Part shown: piece after piece, positions 19,872 through 31,216 of the stretch
Position numbering within the stretch: position 1 is the first letter of the stretch
How the letters are laid out: every line of letters begins with the position of its first letter
Origin: an uncultured delta proteobacterium
GTDB lineage: Bacteria > Desulfobacterota > Binatia > UBA9968
Reading direction: 5' to 3'
Length of the DNA stretch: 64,000 nucleotides
Assembly: GCA_963745035.1 (NCBI GenBank)
Contig: CAVUVW010000014.1
Coordinates: 288,001 to 352,000, forward strand
Notes under the pieces: generated by a model
The model's input: only the letters and a program-made list of their open reading frames with translations
What the model was told of the DNA's origin: nothing
The model's database searches: none
Made by a program: the position numbers and the translations under genes

Positions 19872-22200
19872 CTACCGCGGTTCTCCATGCAGCGGGCCGA
19901 AGGCGCGCGGCGGTCGGCGGTGCTTGGTCGCGGCTTCGTAGGCGGAGGCCGCTTTCAAGATCGTTCCTTCCTCTCCCGGCCCGGCCCAAAACGCCAAGCT
20001 GATCGGCAGGCCCGGCGCGTCGAGCATGGTCTTTTCGATGCCGGAAACACTGCGGTAAGTTTTGGTGTCGTCGCTCAGCGCGAACTTGGGCTCGTAGACC
20101 ACTTGATTGAAACCCGCCGGCACGATGACCTCGGGAATTCCGGCATCGGCCGTGAATGCAAAGCGATTGCTCGGGCGGCTGTTGATCTGCGGCTCCACCG
20201 GGCCGCCGATCTTGGGAATCGGCACGGTGTTCAACGGGTTGACCAGCGCGTCGAGATTATTCTCCCGCATCACCTTGAGGATCACCCGCTGCATGACTTC
20301 TCTCATCTTGATGCGCTCGGTGAGCCCGTCCGAGCGAATGTCCTTCAAGTTTTCCCAGTTGATGAACGCGGCCAGTTTGTCGCCGGAGTAATAGCTCGCG
20401 TTGGCGTTGAGCGAGGGCCAGTCTTTCACCTTGGCGTCGCCGCGGCGCAGCAGGTACTGGCTCAGGTGAAAGCGAAAGCTCGAGGTGCGCGGGAAAAGCG
20501 TGATGCGGCGGAGATTCAAGATTGGGCGGGAAAGGCTCCAATCCTTCGGCGGCGCGCGCCATGTATTCAGCCGGAGCAAGCGTTCCGCCGCCCGCTGTTT
20601 TGCCGACGTTGACGTTGATCCTGCTGGCGAACACGGGAAACTCCGCTTCGCCGGAGCTGGTGGTCTTGAACAGATATTCGGGCATATGGAATGGCAGGAT
20701 CTCGGCGAGCGCTTCCTGAAACGTCGGCTTGAGATTCGGAATCGCCGGATCGTCGGGGTAGAGCGGATCGACCGATTCGAAGAGTTCCGCGCCGAGCTTG
20801 TCGCGCAGGATCGTCTTGATCTCCTTGTCGATCTGATCGCTGATCGCCGCGTCGTTGGGCGTGTGCTTGACCATGAACTCGCGCACGATGCCGATGCGCA
20901 TGCCGCGAAGGCTCTTCTCCCCGGCAAAACTGGCGAAGGGCTTTTGCGGAATCAGCGCCTTGGGCAGCGCGGTATAAATATCACGCGGGTCGTAGTAGCC
21001 GCGCTTGGGGTCTTTCAGCGCATCGAGCACGATCGCGGTGTCTTTGACCGTGCGGCAATTGATGCCGGCGCGATCGATGAACGGGTCGGCGCCGATGCCG
21101 CCGCCGAAGGGAATGATCGCCTTGCCGGTATTCAAGCTCGCGACGCCGTTGTAGGCCGCCGGCACGCGGCATGACCCACCGGTTTCTTCGCAGATCGAGC
21201 AGGTCACGAGATTGGCCGCGACCGATACACCCGATCCCGAGCTCGACGCCGCTTGCGCCGGCGCGCGCTCGGTGTCGTAGGGGTTGCACGGGTTGCCGGC
21301 CCAGGTGCTGCGCGAATTTCCCGCGCCGAGCACGACGGCTTCGGCCTTGGCGCTGCCGCCGGGGTCGCCGCTGGCGCCGTTGTACTCGCTCAGATTGGCC
21401 TTGCCCAAAATGATCGCGCCCTTGGCGCGGAGCTGGGCGACGATGGTCGAATCCGCCGGGGCGGCGTCGAGCGCGTACGCCACGTCGGCGCCGCCGGTGG
21501 AGCGCATGTCTTTGGTGTCGAAGATGTCTTTGATCGAAAACGGCGTGCAGTAAAGCGGCATCGCCGAGAGATTCGGATTGGCGCCGAACCGCCGGTCGAG
21601 CTCGCGCGCCCGCTCCAAGCCGTCGGGCTGGGCGCGAAACGCTTCGCAGGCCGGACTGCAGCCGCTCGGCAGCGGGCCCTTGGACGGATGAAGGTCGCAG
21701 GTGGCTTTGCAAGTCGCGGAGCGCTCGCCGCGGATGTTGACAGTACTGAGCGAGCGGAGCTGTCCGGCGTTTTTCACGCCGCGAATATAGCCGTAGGTCT
21801 GCTGCTTCGTCGGATCGGAAACCGTCGCCTGCATGACGCCGGGCTGAAGCGGCGTGCCAGTGTATTTCGCGACATCGGGAAAAAGGTTTTGCGGATCGTT
21901 GGCGTCGTTGGGATTGACCGGCGCCACGCACATGCCGTCGTAGGCGCGGATGCGGTTGATGTAAGCCTGCACCAGCTTCTCGCAGGTAATTTGCCGAGAC
22001 TTGATGGCGCGGTGAATATCTTCGATGCGCGCCTCTTCGAGGCGAAACTTCCACGGCGCGGACGCGCTGCCGGCCGGCGCCGGCTTGGCGCTTTGCGCGT
22101 CAGCCACTTGCGGATCAAGCGCCCAGAAGATGTGCGACGCGAGCCATCCCGCCAGAGCGATCGATAAACAGCGCCGAACAGCCAATGCGTAACTGGTCAT
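19872..22200 (-). CDS. Secreted amidase-signature family protein, frameshift near 20520
   Basis: SIKDIFD, GAIILGKANLSE, NPYD, SSSGSG, ETGGSCR, C-terminal ASAYEAATKHRRPP. Confidence 0.88.
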
Positions 22201-22382
22201 CTTTGCCTCCCAAAACTCGAATGGCTTTTGCTTATCATGTTTTCTTAAGGCCGTGGGAAGATTTTCGCGGCGCACGGCATAACTTCTTCGACGCGCCGCC
22301 GGATGGCATGATTGGAACGTGTCGACCGGAAAAAATGCGGCGTGTAAACGATCTCGCCGCAAGTGGCGGAACTGAGACGGTT

Positions 22383-22710
22383 CTAGGTTTCTTTCATGCG
22401 CCGCTCGGGGATGTTCGGCCGGCGGTGCGATGAGCATCAGCACGCCGAGCAACACCAGAAGCATCGGAATCAAGACGAACCAGGTCACGCGCCAACGGTC
22501 ATGGAGCGCCCACGCGATGCCGCTGGCGATCAAAAACGGCCCGGAGACGATCGACTTCTTGGTTATTCCATCCAGGAACAAAACCGCGATGCCGGCGAAG
22601 ACCAGGCCAGCGGCGATGATCCAGTCGATGTCGGGAAACAGGCGGAAGTACCAAAGCAGCCAGGCGCTGCCGACGACGATCAGAGTGACGGGCAAACCGG
22701 CGTTTCTCAT
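22383..22710 (-). CDS. Small 4-TM membrane protein (3' frameshift near 22425)
   Basis: Four hydrophobic segments; stop at 22383 restored by a 1-nt shift. Confidence 0.6.
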
Positions 22711-22748
22711 GAAGCCTCTCCGTGCCTGTCGCACCGGTCATTTCCACG

Positions 22749-23549
22749 TCACCGCGCGGCGGCGACGTCGATGGGCACGCCGTCGGGATCGGCGAGTTGA
22801 AACTGGCCGTGCTTGCATTTGGCGAGCAGCTTGAGCCTGATCTCGCCTTCGGTGCCGCCGGGCTTGGGTGAAAGAGCCGGGTTTCTATTGACCAGTGCCT
22901 TGAGATCTTTTTTGAACGACTCGACGTCTTCGACTCTGAAACCGAGATGGTCCATGTGTCTCGGCTCGATGCCGGCGCCCTCGTAATCCGTGATCGCCCA
23001 GGGCGCGACGATGATCGTCACGCGTCCGTCGGACAGATAATGATTCGGATCGTCGGCGGGCTTCTCCATCTCCTGAAGCTCGTAGACTTCCCGGTAAAAC
23101 TTGGCGAGATTCGCCGGGTTGAGCGAGCGCAGAACGAAGTGGCTGATATAGCGATCCTGCTTCCATTCACCCTCGACATACACTTCCGCCCGGTTGGTCA
23201 TCGCTTGCTGCGACAAGTCGAACACGTAGCCGTCGGGATCATGGGTGCTGATGCCGGCGAAAGGACGATTGGTCGGCCGCTTGATCAATTGTATGGAAGG
23301 ATACTTTTCGCGCAGCCGAGCGCTGACTTTTTCCACGTCTTCGACTTCCAGGCCGAAATGCTCCAGCCCGGCCTGCCGTCCCAGTTTCTGCGGGATGATG
23401 TTCATGCCGATGTAGCCGTCGCCGATCGCGACGGCGCTTTCCGGCCGCGGGGATTTCGACGTCTTCATGCCGAACAGCGCTTCGTAAAACCGGCTCAACA
23501 AGACGTAGTTGTCGCTGATGATGGCGAGATGTTTGATCTTTGCGAACAT
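22749..23549 (-). CDS. Two-domain VOC family protein
   Basis: IKHLAI, EHFGLEVEDV, DPDGYVFDL, DHLGFRVED, DPDGVPID. Confidence 0.88.
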   Translation of the reverse strand: MFAKIKHLAIISDNYVLLSRFYEALFGMKTSKSPRPESAVAIGDGYIGMNIIPQKLGRQAGLEHFGLEVEDVEKVSARLREKYPSIQLIKRPTNRPFAGISTHDPDGYVFDLSQQAMTNRAEVYVEGEWKQDRYISHFVLRSLNPANLAKFYREVYELQEMEKPADDPNHYLSDGRVTIIVAPWAITDYEGAGIEPRHMDHLGFRVEDVESFKKDLKALVNRNPALSPKPGGTEGEIRLKLLAKCKHGQFQLADPDGVPIDVAAAR

Positions 23550-23558
23550 GGGCGCTCC

Positions 23559-24564
23559 TTACTTTTTCGCAGGTTCTTTGTAAATCTGGTCGATGAAGCC
23601 GCTTTTTTCCAGCTCGGCGAGTATGCTGTTGTCGATGAAATTGTCGGCGTTCAGTTTGGCCGCGTCGGGAAGTTCTTTGCCCATTTGATCCAGGGCGAAG
23701 CGCACCGCGCGGCGATCGCCGTAGGGAATCTGTTTGTACACCGGCCGGTAGATCTCGTGACTTTTCTCCAGGATCTCGCGATCGGTTATCTTAAGATATT
23801 TGGCGAGCACCTTGACCGAGAAATCTTTGTCGGTCTTGAAAACTTTGATGCCTTCGACCCAGGCGCGGAGAAAACCTCGTGCCACGTCCCGATTGGCCCC
23901 GAGAAATTTCTTGGAAGCGATCACGCCGTTCACGGGATAATAAATCGGCAGCTTGCTGAGATCGATGGCGACGTGATAGCCCAACTTTTCGGCCTGCACC
24001 AATTTATCGCCGGAAAGCATCGCGCCGTCGATGGCGCCCGTGGTCAAAGCGGCGAAGCGGGTCGCCTCTCCTCCGGTCTGGAGTATCGTGACGTCTTTCT
24101 CCGGGTTGAGCTTGTAGTGGCGCAATGCTTCGCGCAGCGCCATGTCCGTGAGCGAGCCGAAGCGGCTGACGCCGATTTTTTTATTTTTTAGATCCGCGGG
24201 GCTCTTGATCGACGGTCCGGTGACCACGGTTTCCAATAGCTGATCGACGCCGCTCGCAATCAAAACCAGATCGAAGCCTTTCGCCCACGCCCCGATCGCC
24301 GACGGCGGCGCCATGTTGGCGATCTTCACGTCGCCGGAAATGATCGCCTGGATGATCGTCGAGCCGCCTGGTATGTATAAAAGCTCCGTGCCGACGTTGT
24401 TGCGCTTGAAGAAACCCGCCTCGTAAGCGATCCACAATGGCCCCGCGGTGGGTGACAGCGAAACGTAAGGCACTCTCAGGCTCTGCGCCTCGACAGTTGC
24501 TCCGCCGAGAAGAAGAAGCGTGAGTAAGCAGCAATGCCGGCATGCGCCGGCCAAGCAAATTCAT
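23559..24564 (-). CDS. ABC transporter substrate-binding protein, NMT1/SsuA-like (start uncertain)
   Basis: PLWIAYEAGFF, DLKNKKIGVSRFGSLTD, LEKSGFIDQIY. Confidence 0.88.
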
Positions 24565-24867
24565 GAAGAATCCCTTTCGTGCGCTTGACTTACGCGGACC
24601 GTACCAACTGGCTCAGCGACCTGTCAATCGCGAGCCAGGCGCGCGATGCTCATCAAGACAACCACGTCTTGTTCAAGGTTCGCCAGAAAGGATCGGATTT
24701 GTTCGGGATAAATGACCTGGCTCAAATTATGGCGGCGATTTTTGTGGACAAGGCAAGGTCAGGCTTGCATAGATGGATAGCTAACACACAAGGCGGCTTC
24801 TAAAGTGGCTGAGTGAAGCGCTTCTGTTGAAGCCGGCCGGCACGATGATCTCCGGAATCCGCGTCAA

Positions 24868-27061
24868 TTAAACATTTCCCGTTGCCCTTTTGACCTCGCG
24901 GCGGCGGGAGTGGAGCACGGATTCGGTGTAGCCGTTGGCTGCATGACGGCCATTCAGGACGAGCTCCAGTGCCGCCCGAAAAGCGATGCTTCGTTCATAG
25001 TCCGGGGCCATGTTGCGGTAGTTCGGATCGCCGCGATTTTGCCGATCGACCACCTGCGCCATGCGCCGAAACGTGTCGATGATCTGTTCCTTCGCGACGA
25101 TGCCATACTTGAGCCAGTTGGCGATGTGCTGGCTGGAAATTCTGAGTGTCGCCCGATCCTCCATCAAGGCGACGTTGTTGATGTTGGGAACTTTCGAACA
25201 GCCGATGCCCTGATCGACCCAGCGAACGACATAGCCCAAAATTCCTTGCGCGTTGTTATCGAGCTCGCGTTGGATCTCCTCCGCCGTGAGCTGCCGCTCC
25301 AATAGCAGCGGCGGCGTGAGAATGTCCTCGAGCCGCGCGCGACCCCGCTGCGCCAGCTCGCGCTGCCGCTTGGCGACATCGACGTAGTGATAGTGGAGCG
25401 CATGGAGGGTGGCCGCGGCCGGCGACGGCACCCAAGCGGTGTTTGCGCCGGCTTGTGGGTGGGCGATCTTCGTTCTGACCATCTCGCGCATCTCGTCGGG
25501 CATGGTCCACATGCCCTTGCCGATCTGCGCTTTGCCGCGAAATCCCGTCTCGATGCCGATGTCGACGTTCCAATCTTCATAGGCTTTGATCCACGGCTGC
25601 GCTTTGATCTCTTCCTTCGGCAGCATCGCGCCAAGCTCCATGCTCGTGTGGATCTCGTCGCCGGTGCGATCTAAAAAGCCGGTGTTGATGAACACCACCC
25701 GATCTTTCGCGGCGCGGATGCATTCCTGTAGATTGACCGTGGTACGCCGCTCTTCGTCCATGATGCCGATCTTGAGGGTTCTGCGCTTCAGTCCGAGAGC
25801 TTCCTCGGTTCTTGCGAAGAGCTCGACCGTGGCCGCGACTTCCTCCGGTCCATGCTGCTTCGGTTTGACGACGTAAACGCTCCCGGTCCTGCTGTTGCGA
25901 TAATTTCCTTTGCCTTTGAGATCGTGAATGGCGGCAAGCGCCGTGATCATCGCGTCGAGAAAACCCTCGGGAATCTCCTCGCCGCTGCGGGTGACAACGG
26001 CATCGGTATACATGTGAATGCCGACATGGCGCACGAGCAGCAGGCTTCTGCCGGACAGGGTGATCTTTCTTCCGGCCGGCGTGGTAAAGACTTTGTCCGG
26101 ATTGAGCCTGCGCGTGAGCGGGCCTCCGAACTTTTCGAAGGTGGCTTCCAGCGTTCCTTTCATCAGGCCGCACCAGTTTCTATAGACCGCGACCTTGTCG
26201 GCGGCGTCGACCACCGCCACGGCGTCCTCGCAATCTTCGATGGTGGTGAGCGCCGCCTCGAGGAGCACGTCTTTCACGCCCGCAGGGTGGAGCTTGCCGA
26301 TCGGATGACCGCGGTCGATTTGGATCTCGATGCGCGCGCCGTTGTTGGTCAACACGATGTCCGTCAACTCGCCGGCGCTTGCGCGATAGCCGAGAAATTT
26401 TCGCGCATCGGCCAGGCGGGTCGTCGCGCCGTCCTTGAGCATCATCGCGAGCCGGTTTTTGCGACCGGTCCGTTCGAGACAAAATCGGACGACGTCCGCA
26501 TATTTGCCGCGTTTCAGCGGCACGACTTGGTCCAAAAACTCCTCGGTGTAGGCGATGACCCTGGCGCCGCGCCGGGGATTGTAAGCTTCGCCCTTTTCCG
26601 CGCCTGCCTCTTCGGCGATCACATTCGTGCCGTAGAGCGCGTCGTAGAGACTTCCCCAACGAGCATTGGCGGCATTCAAGGCATAGCGGGCGTTGTCGAG
26701 CGGCACGACCAACTGCGCGCCGGCGATGGAAGCGATCTCCGGGTCAGACTTGGCCGTGGTGATTTTGAAATTTTTTCCCTCGGGGACGAGATAACCGATC
26801 TCCTGGAGAAAGGCAGCGTAAAGCCGAACGTCAAACGGCTGACCTGATGCGGGCCAGATGCCAGTCGTCGATCTGCTTTTGCAGCCGATCACGCTTGGCG
26901 AGGAGTGCGCGGTTTTTCGGCCCGAGATCTCTTACGATCGCGCCGAGAGATTTCCAAAAGCCGTCGACCTTCACCCCGGTGCCCGGCGCGATCTCTCCGC
27001 GCACCAGACGATAGAGCCGTTCATCGATTTTAAGATCCCCGACCTCGACTCTGCCGGCCAT
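24868..27061 (-). CDS. glcB: Malate synthase G, frameshift near 26850
   Basis: [69 protein letters not shown]. Confidence 0.95.
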
Positions 27062-27235
27062 GGTCAGCTCCGTTTTCCCCGAGGCAGGCACGGGAACTCA
27101 CCGCAAGATGGGACAATCTGGCGTGCTTCGGATCGTCTAGACTTGAGTTCTATCCCGTTTTAGCGCCGAAAGCTGTCAAGCCGCAGCCGTTGACGAAATA
27201 CGACGAGCTGCGGAGTTGGCCGCGCACGGCTGCGG

Positions 27236-28234
27236 TCATTGGAAGAACAGCTTGTGAAATTCTTTGCGCTTTTCGGCGTAGACCTTCTCGCCCAAGTCGT
27301 CCATTTCCACGAACTGAATCTTGTCGGCATCGGGCACCGGCGGGTAGACGCCCTTGCGGTTCACGAACTCGCCGGCTTTGGCCATGATGCGCATGCTTTC
27401 TTCGTCGAGGAAAAAATCGATGAAAGCTTTGGCGGCGTTGGGATGAGGCGCCTTATGAAATAAGCTCAAATAGCTCGCGTCGCCGAGAAAACGGCCGGTG
27501 CGGACGTAGTCGAGCGGCGCTCCTTTGATGCCGTTTAGGTAGACGTAATAAACGTAGGTGATGCCGATGGGAAACTCGCCCGAGGTGACCCGATCGGCGG
27601 CGGGATTGAACGACTCGACCAGAGTCGGTTTCATCGCCGCGAGGTCGCGCACGAACTGGCCGGCCTTCTCTTTGCCGATGAGCTTATGAACATTGGTCAG
27701 CCACTGGGCGGTGGTCGTGTGCAGAGTCGGATCGGCCATGACAAGTTTGCCGCGGTACTGCGGCTTCACCAGGTCTTCGAGAGTTTTCGGAGCGTCACCC
27801 GGCTTGATGATGCTCTTGTTGTAGACGATGCCGACGATGTGATTGCGCGCCCTCGGGCCCAGCTGCGGGTCGATGGCGTCCTTGGGAAAATCCTTCTGCA
27901 TCGGCGATTCGTATTTCGCCAGAATCCCTTCCTTGAGCATGATGCGCATGGTGTCTTCGGTCGACATGACCAGATCGAAGAGCGCCTTTCCGGCGCGCGT
28001 TTCGCTGAGCGCCCGTTCCATCACCTTGGTCGCCGAAGTGCGCCAGTAGTCGATGGCGATGCCGGTCTTTTTCTGAAACGCTTTTTGCAATAGCTCGAAA
28101 ATATCGGTCTGCATGGTGCCGTAGAGCACCAGCTTGCCTTCCTTCTTGCCGGCTTCGATCAGTTGCGCGTCCTGGGCGAAAGCAGGGGATGCAGCACCGA
28201 GCACAATCAGTAGTGCTATCGTTTTAAGTGGCAT
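27236..28234 (-). CDS. ABC transporter extracellular solute-binding protein (Fe3+ type)
   Basis: AGKKEGKLVLYG, APHPNAAKAFIDFFL. Confidence 0.88.
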   Translation of the reverse strand: MPLKTIALLIVLGAASPAFAQDAQLIEAGKKEGKLVLYGTMQTDIFELLQKAFQKKTGIAIDYWRTSATKVMERALSETRAGKALFDLVMSTEDTMRIMLKEGILAKYESPMQKDFPKDAIDPQLGPRARNHIVGIVYNKSIIKPGDAPKTLEDLVKPQYRGKLVMADPTLHTTTAQWLTNVHKLIGKEKAGQFVRDLAAMKPTLVESFNPAADRVTSGEFPIGITYVYYVYLNGIKGAPLDYVRTGRFLGDASYLSLFHKAPHPNAAKAFIDFFLDEESMRIMAKAGEFVNRKGVYPPVPDADKIQFVEMDDLGEKVYAEKRKEFHKLFFQ

Positions 28235-28280
28235 AGATCTCCTGTTGCCGACAAACACTCGCAGCGTACACTTTTAGAGC

Positions 28281-28348
28281 CGTGTTCGTGTAACGTGTCC
28301 GTGCTCATGTAATTTCACGTTCACGTTGCACGGTCACGCGCCACGCGC
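28281..28348. repeat. CGTGnn / nnCACG hexamer-periodic inverted array
   Basis: cgtgtt cgtgtaa cgtgtc cgtgct then tcacgt tcacgt tgcacg gtcacg; arms can form a hairpin. Confidence 0.6.
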
Positions 28349-28358
28349 AGCAGCGCGC

Positions 28359-29399
28359 CTAGATCCGATAGAACTCCTTGGCGTTGTCGTAGAGAATCTT
28401 CTGTTTCGTCGCATCGCTTAGCTCCGGGCGGGCGAGCAGCTCGGGGATGTCTTTCAAAAATTCCCCATAGACGCGCTCGTGCGGATAATCGGAGGGAAAC
28501 ATGAGCCGGTCATCGCCGATTACTTGCGCCACGTAGGCGAGCGAATTTTCCTCCGGCTCGCAAGTGACATACACCTGGCTCTGTTTCACGTACTCGCTCG
28601 GTTTTTTCTTCATGTGCGGGAAGGAGCGGGCGCCGCGGGTTTCGTATTCGTAATCCAGCCGGTCCATCATGTAGGGCAGCCAGCCGCAGCCCGCTTCGAG
28701 AAAGGCGAGCTTGAGGCGCGGGAATTTTTCCAACACGCCGTCGCAGACGATGCTGGTGAACTGAATCATCAGCGGGAACGGATGCTCCAGCGCGTGGACC
28801 TGACCCATGTCTTCGAAGTAGTCGAAGCCGAAGCCGCGGCTCGGCGCGCCGTGGATTCCGAGAGGCACGCCGAGCTCCTCGGCGGCGCGAAAGATCGGCT
28901 GAAAGTCCGGATGGCCGAAGGCCTTGTTCATGACCGTCGCCGATGGGAGAAAGGCGCCGACCATGTCGAGCTTTTCGACCGCGTAGCGAAGCTCTCGGGC
29001 GGCGGCCTCAGGATCCTGGACCGGCAACACGGCGACGCCCTTCAAGCGCGAATCTTTCTTGATGTAGCGGGCGTGAAACCAGTTGTTGTAGGCGCGCGAT
29101 ATCGAACACGCCCAGCCCGGATCCTGCACCAAGCCGATGGCGAGGGCGGCGGTCGGGTAAAGCACGGTGCTTTCGAGTCCCATGGCGTCGACGAACTTGA
29201 TCACGTCCTCGGGACGCGTTTCGGTCACTTTGTCGGGACGCCCCGCGCCGAGACCGCGCGGCCAGCCGTCGAGCGACGGAAAAAGCGCATAGGCCCGCGC
29301 GCGGCGCATGCCGCGATATTGCCCTTCGAAGTATTCTTCGATTTCCTCGTGATTCTCATAGATATGACCGTCGGCATCGATGACTTTGGGACGATTCAT
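28359..29399 (-). CDS. Amidohydrolase family protein (Amidohydro_2)
   Basis: VIDADGHIYE, LGIHG, AFLEAGCGW, SDYPH. Confidence 0.9.
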   Translation of the reverse strand: MNRPKVIDADGHIYENHEEIEEYFEGQYRGMRRARAYALFPSLDGWPRGLGAGRPDKVTETRPEDVIKFVDAMGLESTVLYPTAALAIGLVQDPGWACSISRAYNNWFHARYIKKDSRLKGVAVLPVQDPEAAARELRYAVEKLDMVGAFLPSATVMNKAFGHPDFQPIFRAAEELGVPLGIHGAPSRGFGFDYFEDMGQVHALEHPFPLMIQFTSIVCDGVLEKFPRLKLAFLEAGCGWLPYMMDRLDYEYETRGARSFPHMKKKPSEYVKQSQVYVTCEPEENSLAYVAQVIGDDRLMFPSDYPHERVYGEFLKDIPELLARPELSDATKQKILYDNAKEFYRI

Positions 29400-29553
29400 G
29401 GAGCTCCTCCCGATGAGTTCTCTCATCTCACCGACCGTAGACCGGTCAAATAGCTGGTGTCAAGCAAACAACCGGCGCCGCCGCCGTTACGTTGACAACG
29501 GTCCAGAGCTCATGAATACTCCCGTGCAAGCGACGTTTGGGAGGGACTTGCCG

Positions 29554-30174
29554 ATGTCCGACGCGAAAATCGAATTGCAGCCGGAGTCTACCGGGCTCGT
29601 CATTGTCGACATGCAGGTGGAGGGATGCGAGCGCCACGGTCCCGGGATGAAGCCGGTCATCGGCAACATCCGTCGATTGCTCGATCGTTTCCGCGCGGTG
29701 AACGGAAAAATTATCCACGTCCAGTCCGTTCGCACCAAAGATCATCCCGAGTTCACTGTCTTCGGCCGATCCTACGCGTTACTGCTCGGCAGTCCGGGCG
29801 CGGATTTCATCGAGGAGTTGCGTCCGCTGCGCGGTGAAAACGTCGTGCAGAAAACCTCCCATGACTGCTTTTACAAAACCTCGATGGAAGCGGTGCTGGA
29901 AAAACTCGACCTGCAACCGTGCCGTGACAAGATCGTCGTAACCGGCATCGGCTCGAGCAACTGCGTTTACCACGCCGTCATCGGCTTTCATATCAGGAAC
30001 TATTACAGCATCGTGGCCGAAGACTGCATCCACGGTGTTCATCCGCAGTCGCAGCCGTTCGCGTTGCACCAGTTCCGCTCCAATGCCTACAACTTCAATG
30101 TCACGGTTTCCCACTCCGATGACCTTCAGCTGGTCTCCGAAAGCAATGCGCCCCGGCGCGCCACCGGCCGCTAA
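29554..30174 (+). CDS. Cysteine hydrolase / isochorismatase family
   Basis: LVIVDMQ, QKTSHDCF, TGIGSSNCV (D-K-C triad). Confidence 0.88.
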   Translation: MSDAKIELQPESTGLVIVDMQVEGCERHGPGMKPVIGNIRRLLDRFRAVNGKIIHVQSVRTKDHPEFTVFGRSYALLLGSPGADFIEELRPLRGENVVQKTSHDCFYKTSMEAVLEKLDLQPCRDKIVVTGIGSSNCVYHAVIGFHIRNYYSIVAEDCIHGVHPQSQPFALHQFRSNAYNFNVTVSHSDDLQLVSESNAPRRATGR

Positions 30175-31181
30175 GCTTCCACCGCAGAGCGCGGTCCCAT
30201 GGAAGCTTCTGCCGGCGTTGGCGGTCATTTGGTTGACATGCTCCGGAGCGCCCGCTATGGCGCAAAGTCTGAAAGTTCCATTCGCAGCGCTGTCGCCCAA
30301 CTACGCGCCACTGTGGATCGCGGATCAGGCGGGCCTCTTCAGGAAACACGGCCTGGACGTGCAGTTGATCTATATTTCCGCAGGCTCGGTAATCTTGCCG
30401 GCGATCTTATCGGGGCAAGTGGACATCGCCAATATGAGCTCGGCGCCTGCCCTTGCGGCATGGGCCCGCGGTGCCGAGCTCAGCGCCGTCGGCGTCACAT
30501 CGAATCAGTTGCTGCACGTCATCATGACGCGGAGCTCGATCAAAAGGCCCGAAGAGCTCAAAAACAAAAAGCTCGGCGGAGACCGCTATGGCTCGTTATC
30601 GGACTTGATTCTCCGTGAGGCGCTGCGCCACTACAACCTGGTGCCCGACCGGGACGTGGCGATCATTCAAACCGGCGGCTTGCCGGAACGGCTGGGTGCG
30701 CTCAAGGTCGGCGCAGTCGACGGCGCCATCGTCACCGGTGATACCGCCATCGAAGCGGAGAGACTGGGATTTCATAAGCTCATCGATCTCAGCCAACTGC
30801 CGATCCGTTATCCCAGCAGCACGATCATCGTGAGCAAATCGTTTCTCGCGGCGAAGCGGGACACGGTAAAACGATTTCTACGCGGCTGGATCGAAGGCAT
30901 CAGAGTCGCCAAAACCGACAAAGATACTACCGTCGCGGTGATGCAAAAGTTTCTAAAGACCGGCGATCGATCGGTGCTCGAGCGAGATCTTCGAAGTCTA
31001 CAAAACCGTCCACGAGAGAGTGCCGGTACCGGACCCGAAATTGATGGGAGTCGCGTTAAAGCAGCTCACCGCCGCCGTACCGCAGACCAATCAGCTCAAG
31101 GTCGAGGACTTTACCGACCGGAGTCTGATCGCAGAGCTCGAAAGCGAAGGCTTCATCGCCAAGGTTTACGCCGGTCGTTAG
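30146..31181 (+). CDS. ABC transporter substrate-binding protein, NMT1/SsuA-like, frameshift near 30985
   Basis: PLWIADQAGLF, GSLSD, ends ELESEGFIAKVYAGR in the shifted frame; paralog of 23559..24564. Confidence 0.85.
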
Positions 31182-31216
31182 CCGGCTGCAGAACGCTTTC
31201 GGCAGAACTGACTGCC

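Noticed and set aside
20257-22734. 825-aa membrane protein-amidase fusion
   Set aside because: A 1-nt shift near 22425 restores a stop at 22383; the amidase has its own RBS, ATG (22200) and signal peptide
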